A stretch of DNA of 64,000 bases from an uncultured delta proteobacterium (GTDB taxonomy: Bacteria > Myxococcota_A > Polyangia > Fen-1088): positions 416,001-480,000 of the forward strand of contig CAVYGB010000002.1 of the NCBI GenBank assembly GCA_963767925.1. The letters are read 5' to 3'. The notes beneath the pieces are model-generated. The model ran no database searches and was not told the origin of the DNA. It saw only the letters and a list, made by a program, of their open reading frames with translations. Shown one piece after another: positions 29,887 through 39,285 of this stretch. A program made the position numbers and the translations under genes. Every line of letters begins with the position of its first letter. The first letter of the stretch is position 1.

Positions 29887-30063
29887 GCGCGGCTCGAACC
29901 CCCTTCGTCTGCATTGTCAGGCTGGCAAGACTACCCGCTTGCTTTCGCCACTCCCGAGATCCGATCTGACAACCCGTGACCGCGGAGACACGCGGCTGTG
30001 CGCGAATGCCGCGGCCGCCGCGCCCGGCTCGCCCTGGCACGACAGGTGCACCAGGCCTGCTCC

Positions 30064-31062
30064 ATGGTTCACAAAGCCCAGCTACGTGGAGTCTGGCGTC
30101 GCCGTCTCGCCCGTGCCCTGCCCGCCCTGCTCCTCATCGGCCTCGGCGGGCTCGCGCTGGCCATCGATCTCAGAACCGGCGCCACCCGACGGCTCGACGC
30201 CGCCGAGCAGGACTTCGCCGCCGCCTTCGGTCGCGAAGCGCTGGCCCGGGTGCAGGCCGCGCTGGACCGGCCGCCGGAGCTGGCGCAGCGGCTGACCGCT
30301 GCGGTCGCGTCGGACCTCCTCGACCCGGTCGAGAGCAAGCGCCTGTTCGAGCTGGCCAGCGCGGAGACGCCGCCGGCCGCGCTCGCCGGGTGGCGCGCCC
30401 GATGCGACCGGTTGCTCGCGACAATGGACCGCACACGCCAGGCGCCCGCTGTCGCCGTGGTGGAGTCAGCCGGCTCCCGGCCCGGACGCGCGGCCTGGCG
30501 GTCGGGCGAAACCATGCGGACGATCACCTCCGTGCAAGCCTGCGGGCTGGCGGCGGCGGCGCAGGGCGAACGGGCAGCGGCCATCGTCGCCGTCGAGCTG
30601 CTGGGGGCGCTGGCCCGCAACCTGGAGGCGTGGCCGCAGCGGCTGTCGCTCATGGTCGGAGTCCACGCCGAGAAGGGCCAGCTCGATCTGGTGAAGCGCC
30701 TGCGCGGAGGCGCCGACCGGGCGGAGCGATCCCGCATCCTCGCCGCCCTCTCCCCCGAAGATCTCCCGCGCCGCCACCGCGACGCCATCGCCGGCGAGGT
30801 GCTCCACGCGCTCGACGGCTGGCACGCGCGCCGGCCTCCGGGCCAACAATCGCTCGAAGCCTGGTACCTCGCCCCGTTCGAGGCCGGGGCCTACGTCCGC
30901 GCGCTCACCCGGTACCTGGTGGCCGACGAGCGCCCCCCATCGTGGCCCGACTCGATCTTCGCCGACGCCCACTCCCAGGGACCCTTCCTCGAGAAGGAGC
31001 AGGCCCGGCAAGGCGATCTGTCCGTCCGTCGTGAAGACGAGCACCACGCCCTCGCGGAGTAG
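30064..31062 (+). CDS. Hypothetical protein with N-terminal membrane anchor
   Basis: Long ORF with GC-biased third positions; hydrophobic LPALLLIGLGGLALAI. Confidence 0.6.
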   Translation: MVHKAQLRGVWRRRLARALPALLLIGLGGLALAIDLRTGATRRLDAAEQDFAAAFGREALARVQAALDRPPELAQRLTAAVASDLLDPVESKRLFELASAETPPAALAGWRARCDRLLATMDRTRQAPAVAVVESAGSRPGRAAWRSGETMRTITSVQACGLAAAAQGERAAAIVAVELLGALARNLEAWPQRLSLMVGVHAEKGQLDLVKRLRGGADRAERSRILAALSPEDLPRRHRDAIAGEVLHALDGWHARRPPGQQSLEAWYLAPFEAGAYVRALTRYLVADERPPSWPDSIFADAHSQGPFLEKEQARQGDLSVRREDEHHALAE

Positions 31063-31123
31063 GGTTGCCTGGGAGGTCGAGCTCCTCGCAGCGCGGGGCG
31101 GGGGATTCGCTCTGGCGTTCCCC

Positions 31124-31605
31124 ATGATCTTCGTCGAATGACGCGAGGAGTAAACCGCCGCTCGCCGGGACCAACGGCGGAGGGAAGAGCAGCATCGGCG
31201 GCGCCATGTTTCGCGAGAACGGCGCCGACTACTTCGACCCCGATGAAGCGGCGCGGGCATTGATGATGGCTAACCCCAGTCTCACCCGGCCCCAGGCCAA
31301 CAGCACGACCTGGCAGCAAGGCAAGGGGCTGCTCGAGAGGGCCATCGCGGAGCGACTCGACTTCGCGTTCGAGACGACCCTGGGAGGGAGCACGATGGTG
31401 GGACTTCTGGCCAAGGCCCTCCTCGATGGGGTGGAGGTCCGGGTCTGGTATGTCGGCCTCACCAGCCCCGAGCTTCACATTGCGCGCGTCCGGTCGCGGG
31501 TAGCCTGAGGTGGCCACCCTGTCCCCGATGAAGACGTCTACCGGAGATACGAGCGTGGGCGCGCCAACCTGATCCGGCTTCTGCCGACGCTCACCGAGCT
31601 CGCCC
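31124..31605 (+). pseudogene. Zeta-toxin-like/AAA P-loop ATPase pseudogene
   Basis: IFV..LAGTNGGGKSS, YFDPD, FAFETTLGG, RVRSRVA*GGH; 25-nt insert at 31136-31160, in-frame TGA at 31506, truncated C-terminus. Confidence 0.8.
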
Positions 31606-31664
31606 GGATGAGACAGGCCGCCGAGCAGGGGCTGGCGAGCGGGTCGTTTTCAGGGCGGCTCGGA

Positions 31665-31920
31665 TCAGCGGGCTGGCTTCGGTGAGAGGCGGAAGACCTC
31701 GGTCTCCTTGCTGGCCACCGGCTCCACCGTCAGGCCCACCGAGGCCAGGGTGTCGACGAACAGCGCGTGGGCCTCGTCCAGGGTCATCCGCGTCGGGGAC
31801 AGGGGGGTGACCTTCTTGCCCTGCAGGCGGCGCGTAGAGGAACGTCCGACAGGTGATGATGCTCATCCAGGAGACCAGGTCGGCGACCTCCGAATCGGGC
31901 TTCACGTTGAGCTTCAGGAC
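31665..31920 (-). pseudogene. Fragment encoding a GspD/secretin N0-like domain
   Basis: LKLNVKPDSEVADLVSWMSIITCRTF...GKKVT.LSP..MTLDEAHALFVDTLASVGLTVEP; one frameshift and an in-frame stop upstream. Confidence 0.55.
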
Positions 31921-31942
31921 GCAATTCGGCTGCTACGCTTGA

Positions 31943-33001
31943 TTGCATGGCACAGCGGGAGCCAGATGGGGACAACGTGGAGGCTGGTGTCGCCGGGCTT
32001 CCGGCCGGCCCGGCAGGCCGGTGGACCTGAGCTCCGGGTTCGGGGGGAGCGGCTTGCGGGTCTTCGGGCTCGTCGCGATCGTCCTGGCCGGGTGGTGGGT
32101 CGCAGCCTGCTCCTCGGGATCGGCTGGAAACACGGGTGGGCAGGACGCGGCAGTCGAGGCCGGGCCGGACGGCGATCCGGACGAGTCGACGAACGCCGAT
32201 GGGCGCTGCGTGATGACCCGCGAGACCTTCTTTGCCCGGGTCCAGGGGTGCCTCGGGACGTGGTCCGACACGCTGGCCAGCATCGACGCGGCCTGCGCCG
32301 CCCGCTCCGGCGCGCCGGTCATGGCGACCTGCGCGGGGCGAATCACGGTCGGCTACCTCGACAGCGTCGGCAGCGGCACCCGCTGCACCTACGACCCCGC
32401 GACGGGGGCCTTCCTCGGTGGATCGCTCGAACAGGATACCCGCCGCCATTGCGGCGGCTCGTCTTTCAACGTCCACACCGAGCCGCCGGTCGACCACTGC
32501 TATGTCGGCCCGAGCTGGGTCCATCCCCTCTATTGCGGCGCCGGCGGCTACGGCCTGCCGGTCGATCCTGGCCCCGCTCGCCCCGTCACCTTCACCGTCC
32601 GCAACGAGACCACCGCGACGATCGATCTGTCCAGCGACGGCACCACCGGCGTCCAGGCCTGGCGGATCACCTCCCAGGGGCAACCGCTGCCCGTCCACAA
32701 CTCCGGACGGTGCGACTGCCCCAACCACCACTGCGTCGTGGTCCACCAGCCGCCGCCGTCCACCCTCGTCGGCGGCGGTGGAGAGACCACCTTGACCTGG
32801 GACGGAAGGCTCTGGAAGGACGTCGAGGGTCCGGCGCCTACGCTCCGCTGCGAGCAGCCCGAGCTGGCCCCCGCCGGACCGATGGTCATCCAGGTCAGCT
32901 ACCGGATCCCCACGGCCAGCGGCGGCTACACAGCCCAGACGACCGTCGAGGCAGCGTTCGACAACCCGCCCGCCGGTCCGGTGGTCGTCACCGTCCGCTG
33001 A
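31943..33001 (+). CDS. Hypothetical Cys-containing lipoprotein (true start probably near 32050)
   Basis: VAAC lipobox, DAAVEAGPDG linker, GC-biased third positions. Confidence 0.65.
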   Translation: MHGTAGARWGQRGGWCRRASGRPGRPVDLSSGFGGSGLRVFGLVAIVLAGWWVAACSSGSAGNTGGQDAAVEAGPDGDPDESTNADGRCVMTRETFFARVQGCLGTWSDTLASIDAACAARSGAPVMATCAGRITVGYLDSVGSGTRCTYDPATGAFLGGSLEQDTRRHCGGSSFNVHTEPPVDHCYVGPSWVHPLYCGAGGYGLPVDPGPARPVTFTVRNETTATIDLSSDGTTGVQAWRITSQGQPLPVHNSGRCDCPNHHCVVVHQPPPSTLVGGGGETTLTWDGRLWKDVEGPAPTLRCEQPELAPAGPMVIQVSYRIPTASGGYTAQTTVEAAFDNPPAGPVVVTVR

Positions 33002-33323
33002 TTCTCCCGCGCCTGGCGTTCAGGGGCCCATCGTTGCAGGCCAGCTCGGTGAGCGGGGCCTCGCACACGCGGCGCACGGCCAGCACCGTGTCCATGGTCG
33101 AGACAACCTCCAGCTCGACCAGGCCCGCTCCGCCACCCGCAACAGGTAGAGCGCCTCGGAACCGCCGGTGTCCTTGCTGCGCGTGCAGGTTGTCGAGCCG
33201 TTGCGGCTCGTCGCAGCCGACTCCCGCGCTCACGCCCGGGAGCAGGAGAGCGCTCCTCACGAAGCTGGCGCGCGCCGTCGTGACCCCGGCGAGGCGCGTG
33301 TGGGCAAACATGCCCGACCGCAC
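32988..33323 (-). pseudogene. Remnant of a myxobacterial extracellular (PPC-like) domain gene
   Basis: MDTVLAVRRVCEAPLTELACND motif in a short degraded ORF. Confidence 0.4.
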
Positions 33324-33566
33324 TTCGACATCCGTGCCCCTGGGGCGGGCGACCCGATCCCCGCCAGGCTATCGTCGTAACGCGCTTTGCTGCGTGCGGA
33401 ACCGACATTTCCACGACAGGGCTGTCCGATCCCGGTCGCCCCGGCGCGATGCGCAGGGGGCAGCGACAAAGGCGGGCGACCTCAAACGCGTGCGACAGAC
33501 CGTTGCTGCCGCCGTCAGAAGAAGGCGAAGCTACCATCCCTGAGCGCCACCCGGCGGGAGGCTCCC

Positions 33567-36086
33567 TTGCAGCGATCGGTCCTGGTTCCCTCGTCGTCCT
33601 CGTCTCTCCAGTCCTTCTTCTCTTACCTGGTCTCCTGGATTCGCCGCGCCCCGCGCAGCTTCGGGATCGCCATCCCCCTGCTGCTCTTCGCGACAGCGGC
33701 CTGCGAGGACGGGGGCGCGGGGGAGCTGCTCGACGCCGGCGGCGGCGAGGACGGCCCCGGGGTGGAGGTGGGCGTCGAGGCTGGCGGCGGTGACACCCCG
33801 GTCACCCCGCTGCCGTCGCCCCGGGTGGCCTTCTCCGAGATCATGTACAACCCGGTGCTCTCGAACGACGACGACAACGACCACGAGTTCATCGAGCTGC
33901 ACAACCCCGGCGATCAGCCGGTCGACCTCACCGGCTGGCGGCTGCAGGGCGAGGTGGCCTTCACCTTCCCCGCCGGCAGCGCCCTCGCGCCCGGCCAGTA
34001 CCTGGTGGTGGCGCGCAACCGGGCCCGCCTGCTGGCCCTCGCTCGCCATGACCTCGGCCCGCGCGCCGCTGCCGTGCTGGGCGACTACCAGGGCGCCCTC
34101 GACGACGGGGGCGGCCGCCTGCTGCTGACCGACGCCCGCGGCGCGACGGTGGACGCCGTCCGCTACGACGACGCCTTCCCCTGGCCGCTGGCCGCCGACG
34201 GCTTCGGCGCCAGCGACGGCTGGTTCGAGGAGCCGGCCTGGTTCCCGGCCAGCGATCCCCGCCGCGATTTCACCCCCCACCGCTACCTGGGCCACTCGCT
34301 CGAGCGGGTCAGCTTCGACCGGCCGGCCAGCGACGTCGCCAACTGGGTGCCCTCCCCCCTCGACGGCGCCACCCCCGGCCGCCCGGGCGCCACCGGCGGC
34401 ACGCCCCCGGCCATCGTCGAGGAGCTGGCTGTCGGCCCCCGCGATCGCCCGCTCGAGCGGGTGATCCGGGACAGCGACGAGGTCCTCGTGCGGGTTCGCC
34501 TCACCGCCGGCAGCCCCGTCGAGGACGTCCAGGTGGAGTCCTGGGTCGAGTTCGATCAGGCGCGCCACGTCGCCACCCGCCCCGCGCCCACCCGGGTGGC
34601 CATGACCGCCGGCCCCGACGGCGGCCTGCGGGCGGTGTTGCCCGCCCGCCCGGCCCGCAGCCTCGTCCGCTACCGCATCGTCGGCGCGCGCACGCCCGGG
34701 CAAAGCGTGGCCCTGTCGCCCCGCCCGACCGATCCCCTGCCCCACGGGCACCACGCCTACTACGTCAGCCCCAACCTGGCCGGCAAGCCCTACTACGAGA
34801 TCCTCATCGCGCCCGACGATTGGGGGCGGATGTGGACCAACGTGTCGCCCGACGGGGCCGTGCTGGGCTGCCCCTCCGACTACCTCGACGAGCCCTGCCG
34901 GGCCTGCGAGGAGAACCCGCGCTGGAACGCGCGCGTCCCCGCCGTGTTCGTCTCGGGGGGCGAGGCCTACGACGTGCGCACCCGCTACCAGGGCAGCATG
35001 GAGGGGCGCACCAGCGCCGACGACATCAGCGACTGGCCCCCCGACCGCCCCGGCCCCAGCGTGGGACCGATCAAGGCCATGAGCTGGAGCCTGTCTTTAC
35101 CGCGCTACCACCGCTTCGAGGACCGCCGCCGCCTCCTGCTCAACCGCCTGCAGCAGTCCTGCCCCGGCTTCTCCCACGCCCTGGCCGCCGCCCTCGACGA
35201 GGACGAGCGGGGGGGCCGCATCCCCGCTCCCCGGGTGCGCCGCTGGGCCCGGGTGTTCGTCAACGGCGCGCCCTACAACTACATGATGGACCTCGAGCCG
35301 ATCGACGAGGGCTACCTCGAGCGCTTCCACGGCGACGACCTGCCCATCGGCGACGTCTACAAGGTGTTCAGCACGGGCGACGACCACGGCCCCTGGGCCG
35401 CCGGCACCGGCCAGGAGATCGAGCCCTCCCCCTGGTGCCCGGCCATCCCGGTGGCCACCCGCTACGAGCGGACCTACGAGCGCCACAGCAACACCTGGCG
35501 ATCGATCGACGAGCTGATGGGCCTTGTCACCGGCTTCGCGGCGGCGCGCGACGGGGATACCGCGGCGGTGCGCGCCTTTCTCGCGGCCAACTTCGACGTT
35601 CAGGCCACCTTGAAGTACTACGCCGTCCAGCAGTGGGGCGCCCCCTGGGACGACAACGGCAAGAACTACAACATCTACAAGCTGCCGCCGCACGCCGTGC
35701 GCCCGGGGGCCGGCCCGTTCGCCATCACCTCCTGGGACGTCGACCGCATGTTCGGTGTCACCTTCTGCGAGGCCAACGACTGCACGCGCGCCGACATCCC
35801 CGTCCACTGCGGCACCGACGACCTGCCGGTGTGCAACCGCTGGAAGCGCGCCTTCATCGAGGAGATGCGCCCGGAGTACGACGCCAAGCTGCGCGAGCTG
35901 AACGAGACCCTGTTCCAGCCGGCCAACATCAAGCGCATCGTCGACGAGACCCTGGCCCGCTACGACGCCAGCGAGGCCAACCAGATGCTCAACACCCCGA
36001 GCTGCGACGCCGCCGTCGAGGCCGAGGCGATGAAGCGCTTCGCCGATCGGCGCTACCTGGCCGTGCGGCAGCAGCTCGACTACTGA
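33567..36086 (+). CDS. Lipoprotein with lamin-tail domain and CotH kinase-like domain
   Basis: TAAC lipobox; FSEIMYNP..EFIELHN..VDLTGW (LTD); RVFVNG..Y...EPID, KNYNIY, WDVDRMFG (CotH); TTG start after GGGAGG. Confidence 0.85.
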   Translation: MQRSVLVPSSSSSLQSFFSYLVSWIRRAPRSFGIAIPLLLFATAACEDGGAGELLDAGGGEDGPGVEVGVEAGGGDTPVTPLPSPRVAFSEIMYNPVLSNDDDNDHEFIELHNPGDQPVDLTGWRLQGEVAFTFPAGSALAPGQYLVVARNRARLLALARHDLGPRAAAVLGDYQGALDDGGGRLLLTDARGATVDAVRYDDAFPWPLAADGFGASDGWFEEPAWFPASDPRRDFTPHRYLGHSLERVSFDRPASDVANWVPSPLDGATPGRPGATGGTPPAIVEELAVGPRDRPLERVIRDSDEVLVRVRLTAGSPVEDVQVESWVEFDQARHVATRPAPTRVAMTAGPDGGLRAVLPARPARSLVRYRIVGARTPGQSVALSPRPTDPLPHGHHAYYVSPNLAGKPYYEILIAPDDWGRMWTNVSPDGAVLGCPSDYLDEPCRACEENPRWNARVPAVFVSGGEAYDVRTRYQGSMEGRTSADDISDWPPDRPGPSVGPIKAMSWSLSLPRYHRFEDRRRLLLNRLQQSCPGFSHALAAALDEDERGGRIPAPRVRRWARVFVNGAPYNYMMDLEPIDEGYLERFHGDDLPIGDVYKVFSTGDDHGPWAAGTGQEIEPSPWCPAIPVATRYERTYERHSNTWRSIDELMGLVTGFAAARDGDTAAVRAFLAANFDVQATLKYYAVQQWGAPWDDNGKNYNIYKLPPHAVRPGAGPFAITSWDVDRMFGVTFCEANDCTRADIPVHCGTDDLPVCNRWKRAFIEEMRPEYDAKLRELNETLFQPANIKRIVDETLARYDASEANQMLNTPSCDAAVEAEAMKRFADRRYLAVRQQLDY

Positions 36087-36100
36087 CCCCGGCGCTCAGA

Positions 36101-37192
36101 TCAATCGAAGGCGACGCCGGTCTGCCGGCTGACGAAGCGGAGGTCTTCCACCACCGGCATCAGCAGGGGGATGCCGTCGCGGCGGCGCTCCTGCTCGGCC
36201 ACCCGCTCGGGGTCGCCGGGCACCAGGGGGGCGGGGGCGCCGGGCGCCGGGCGGGTGCTGCGCAAGGTGCGGACCAGATCGTCGATCTGGCGCTTGAAGT
36301 CGGGCGGATCGATGAAGCCGTCGATGCGCATCGACCCGAAGAAGTGCCCCAGCCCCTTGCCCACCGAGCGGGTGGGCAGCCCCTGCTGCACGGCGAAGGG
36401 CGGCGCGAAGGGCCCCCAGTTCGCCCCCGACAGCACGGCGCTGAGCACGTCGACCATCAAGGCCAGCGCGTAGCCCTTGTGCCCGCCGCGCTCGCGGTCC
36501 GACCCCAGCGGCAGCAGGGCCCCGCCGTCGACCATCTCGTCGGGATCGTCGGTGTCGCGCCCGTGCTTGTCGATGGCCCAGCCGACCGGGATGCGCACCC
36601 CCTTGCGCCGGGCGATCTCCAGCTTGCCGTAGGCCGCCGCGCAGGTGGCCATGTCGATCACGATGGGCGGCTCGTCCTGGCCGGGGAAGGCGATGGCGAT
36701 GGGGTTGGTGCCGAGCCGGCGCTCGGCCCCCCACAGCGGCGCCACCAGCCCGGTGGCGTTGGTCATCGACCAGTTGATGAGGTCGCGCGGCAGCCCCTCC
36801 ATCACGTACCAGCCGGCGATGCCGTAATGGTTGCTGTTGCACACCGCCACCCAGCCGGTGCCGGCCGCGTCGGCCTTCTCCATGGCGAGCGCGTTGGCGA
36901 AGGGCCCCACCACCAGCCCCAGCCCGTTGTCTCCGTCCACCGTCGCCGTCGAGGCGGTCTGCCGCACCACCTTCGGCTGCGGCCGGGGGTTGATCCGCCC
37001 GGAGGTCATCATCTCGACGTAGGCCCGCAGCCGCGCCACCCCGTGCGAGTCGATCCCGCGCAGGTCGGCCGAGGCCAGCACGTCGGCCGCCCGCCGCGCC
37101 TCCCCCGCCGGCACCCCGAACCCCTCGAACACCCGGACGCAGAACTCGTGGAGCTGGGGCAGCGGGTACCGCCGGATCTCGACCGTCTTCAT
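36101..37192 (-). CDS. Ldh_2 family (type 2 malate/L-lactate dehydrogenase-like) oxidoreductase
   Basis: ADLRGIDSHG, NSNHYG, GTNPIA, DMAT, GGHKGY, PGDPE. Confidence 0.93.
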   Translation of the reverse strand: MKTVEIRRYPLPQLHEFCVRVFEGFGVPAGEARRAADVLASADLRGIDSHGVARLRAYVEMMTSGRINPRPQPKVVRQTASTATVDGDNGLGLVVGPFANALAMEKADAAGTGWVAVCNSNHYGIAGWYVMEGLPRDLINWSMTNATGLVAPLWGAERRLGTNPIAIAFPGQDEPPIVIDMATCAAAYGKLEIARRKGVRIPVGWAIDKHGRDTDDPDEMVDGGALLPLGSDRERGGHKGYALALMVDVLSAVLSGANWGPFAPPFAVQQGLPTRSVGKGLGHFFGSMRIDGFIDPPDFKRQIDDLVRTLRSTRPAPGAPAPLVPGDPERVAEQERRRDGIPLLMPVVEDLRFVSRQTGVAFD

Positions 37193-37408
37193 GCGCCGCA
37201 ACTTACCGCCGGGCCCGCCTTCGCGCTGTGTCCGGGATCGGTTTAATCGCCGCCGGACGCTCGATGACGCCCGGGGCCGGGGTTTCCTGCCGGTCGGTCC
37301 GTTTCCCGCCGTCGATCCGGCGCTTTACAACGGCGAAAGGGCTCTGGAAGATGCCTGCGGGCGGGCGAAGCAGGGCGGGTGGTGGGTCCCCAATCAGGAG
37401 GCATCGAG

Positions 37409-39106
37409 ATGTCGCCATTCGTACGCGCGCGGGTTTGCTCTATAGGTCTCGTCACCCTGTTCGCCTCGCTGGCCGGCTGCGGCGAATCGAGCGAGCCAGG
37501 CACCCCGCCGGTGGTGCAACCTCCTGGCGGCGGCGCCGGCGGCTCGACCCGGCCCGATCCGCCCACCCTGGGCACTGGCGGCAGCGGCGGCTCCACCGAA
37601 GGCACCGGTGGCAGCGCGGGTAGCGCCGGCGCCGGCGGCAGCGCGGGCTCCGGTGGCAACGCCGGCAGCGCCGGCCAGGCCCCACCGATGGCCGGCAGCG
37701 GCGGCAGCGCCCCGGTCGACGCCGGCGGCGGCGGCAGCGACGCCGGCCCCGCCATGCCCCCGCCCCTCGCCCCCGAGCCTCCCCTGCCCCCCTGCAAGCG
37801 CACCGTGCAGGTGGCCAACGGCGGTGCGCTCGGCGGCGCCATCGCCGGCGCCCAGCCGGGCGACTGCCTCGTGCTCGCCGACGGCAACTACACCTTCCCC
37901 GGCATCAGCAAGCGCGGCACCGCCGAGTCGCCGATCGTCATCCGGGCCGCCAATCGCCTGCAGGCGGTGGTCCCTAACGGCAACATCAGCCTCAACAACT
38001 CCGCCCACGTCATCCTGGAAGGCCTGCGCTTCAGCAGCAGCGGCAACATCACCTTCAACAACAGCGAATATTGCCGCCTGAGCCGCTCCCGCTTCACCCC
38101 CACCAACCAGGCGGCCAACGACTGGGTGATCATGAACGGCACCACCCACCACACCCGCATCGACCACAACGAGTTCGGCCCCCGCACCCTGGTCGGCAAC
38201 ACAATCATGTTCGGCGGCGAAGGGTCGCAGATCGTCCAGAACAACCGGATCGACCACAACTACTTCCACGACATCGCGGGAGGCGGCGGCAACGGCTGGG
38301 AGACTCTCCGCATTGGTCTCTCGGGCCGCGCGCAGAGCGAAGGCGCGAATCTGGTGGAGTTCAACCTGTTCAAAGGCGCCACCGGCGACCCCGAGACAAT
38401 CTCCGTCAAGTCGTCGAAGAACATCATCCGCTACAACACTTATCGCGCCACTAACGGCGAGATCACGCTCCGCCACGGGAACGGGAACCTCGTCTACGGC
38501 AACTTCATGCTCGGGGAAGGCCTCACCGAGGCGAAGGGCATTCGCGTCCTGGGCGCCGACCACCGGATCTTCAACAACTACTTCGAGGATATCGTCGACA
38601 GCTCCGCCATCCTCCTTCGCGGTGGCACGAACGCGGCCACGAACGAGAACGGAACCGACTTCTACCGGGTGTATCGAACCCAGGTCGTCAACAACACGGT
38701 CGTCGGTGGCAAGGGCATCTCGGTGGGAAGCCGGGACATGCCCCCCGCGGACTGCGTGGTGGCCAACAACATCGTTCAAAATGGGATCGGTCCGGCGATC
38801 ATCGACCTGGGACAGGGCACCCGCATCGAAGGCAACATCGTGAACCCGATCGGGGCGATGACCACTCCCGGCGTCATGCAAGGCGTGCGCGTCGTCGATC
38901 CCATGCTCATGAAAGTGGATGGGGTCTTCAGACTTTCGATTGGCAGCCCAGCGGTCGATGCGGCCATCGGGCAGTTCGACTACGTCGTCGACGACATGGA
39001 CGGTCACGCCCGGGCGAAGGCCGACGTCGGCGCAGACGAGCTCGCCCCCGGCGTAGTGACCCGCCGCCCGTTGACCCAGGCCGACGTGGGACCCGACGCT
39101 CCCTGA
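37409..39106 (+). CDS. Polysaccharide lyase family 6 (alginate lyase/chondroitinase B-like) lipoprotein
   Basis: LAGC lipobox, Gly-rich linker, RIDHNYF, NGWETLRIG, ETISVKS..NIIRYNT, GEITLRHG. Confidence 0.9.
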   Translation: MSPFVRARVCSIGLVTLFASLAGCGESSEPGTPPVVQPPGGGAGGSTRPDPPTLGTGGSGGSTEGTGGSAGSAGAGGSAGSGGNAGSAGQAPPMAGSGGSAPVDAGGGGSDAGPAMPPPLAPEPPLPPCKRTVQVANGGALGGAIAGAQPGDCLVLADGNYTFPGISKRGTAESPIVIRAANRLQAVVPNGNISLNNSAHVILEGLRFSSSGNITFNNSEYCRLSRSRFTPTNQAANDWVIMNGTTHHTRIDHNEFGPRTLVGNTIMFGGEGSQIVQNNRIDHNYFHDIAGGGGNGWETLRIGLSGRAQSEGANLVEFNLFKGATGDPETISVKSSKNIIRYNTYRATNGEITLRHGNGNLVYGNFMLGEGLTEAKGIRVLGADHRIFNNYFEDIVDSSAILLRGGTNAATNENGTDFYRVYRTQVVNNTVVGGKGISVGSRDMPPADCVVANNIVQNGIGPAIIDLGQGTRIEGNIVNPIGAMTTPGVMQGVRVVDPMLMKVDGVFRLSIGSPAVDAAIGQFDYVVDDMDGHARAKADVGADELAPGVVTRRPLTQADVGPDAP

Positions 39107-39223
39107 TCCGGTTTGAGGACGGGACGGTCTGACAGCCGTTCCCGCAGAGTGTCTCTGCGGTCGCCAGGCGAGTGGCTTCGGCTCGCCGTTGCTTCCATAG
39201 ATACCGAGCCGTGTAGGTTCCGG

Positions 39224-39252
39224 TAGACATACCTCCGCCTCGCGGCTAGGCT
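39224..39252 (+). promoter_or_regulatory. SigA-like promoter for the Cys-rich protein
   Basis: TAGACA-N17-TAGGCT followed by GAGGGAGG RBS and GTG at 39286. Confidence 0.5.
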
Positions 39253-39285
39253 GCGCCAAGTAATTTTTTTGAGGGAGGGAGAGCC

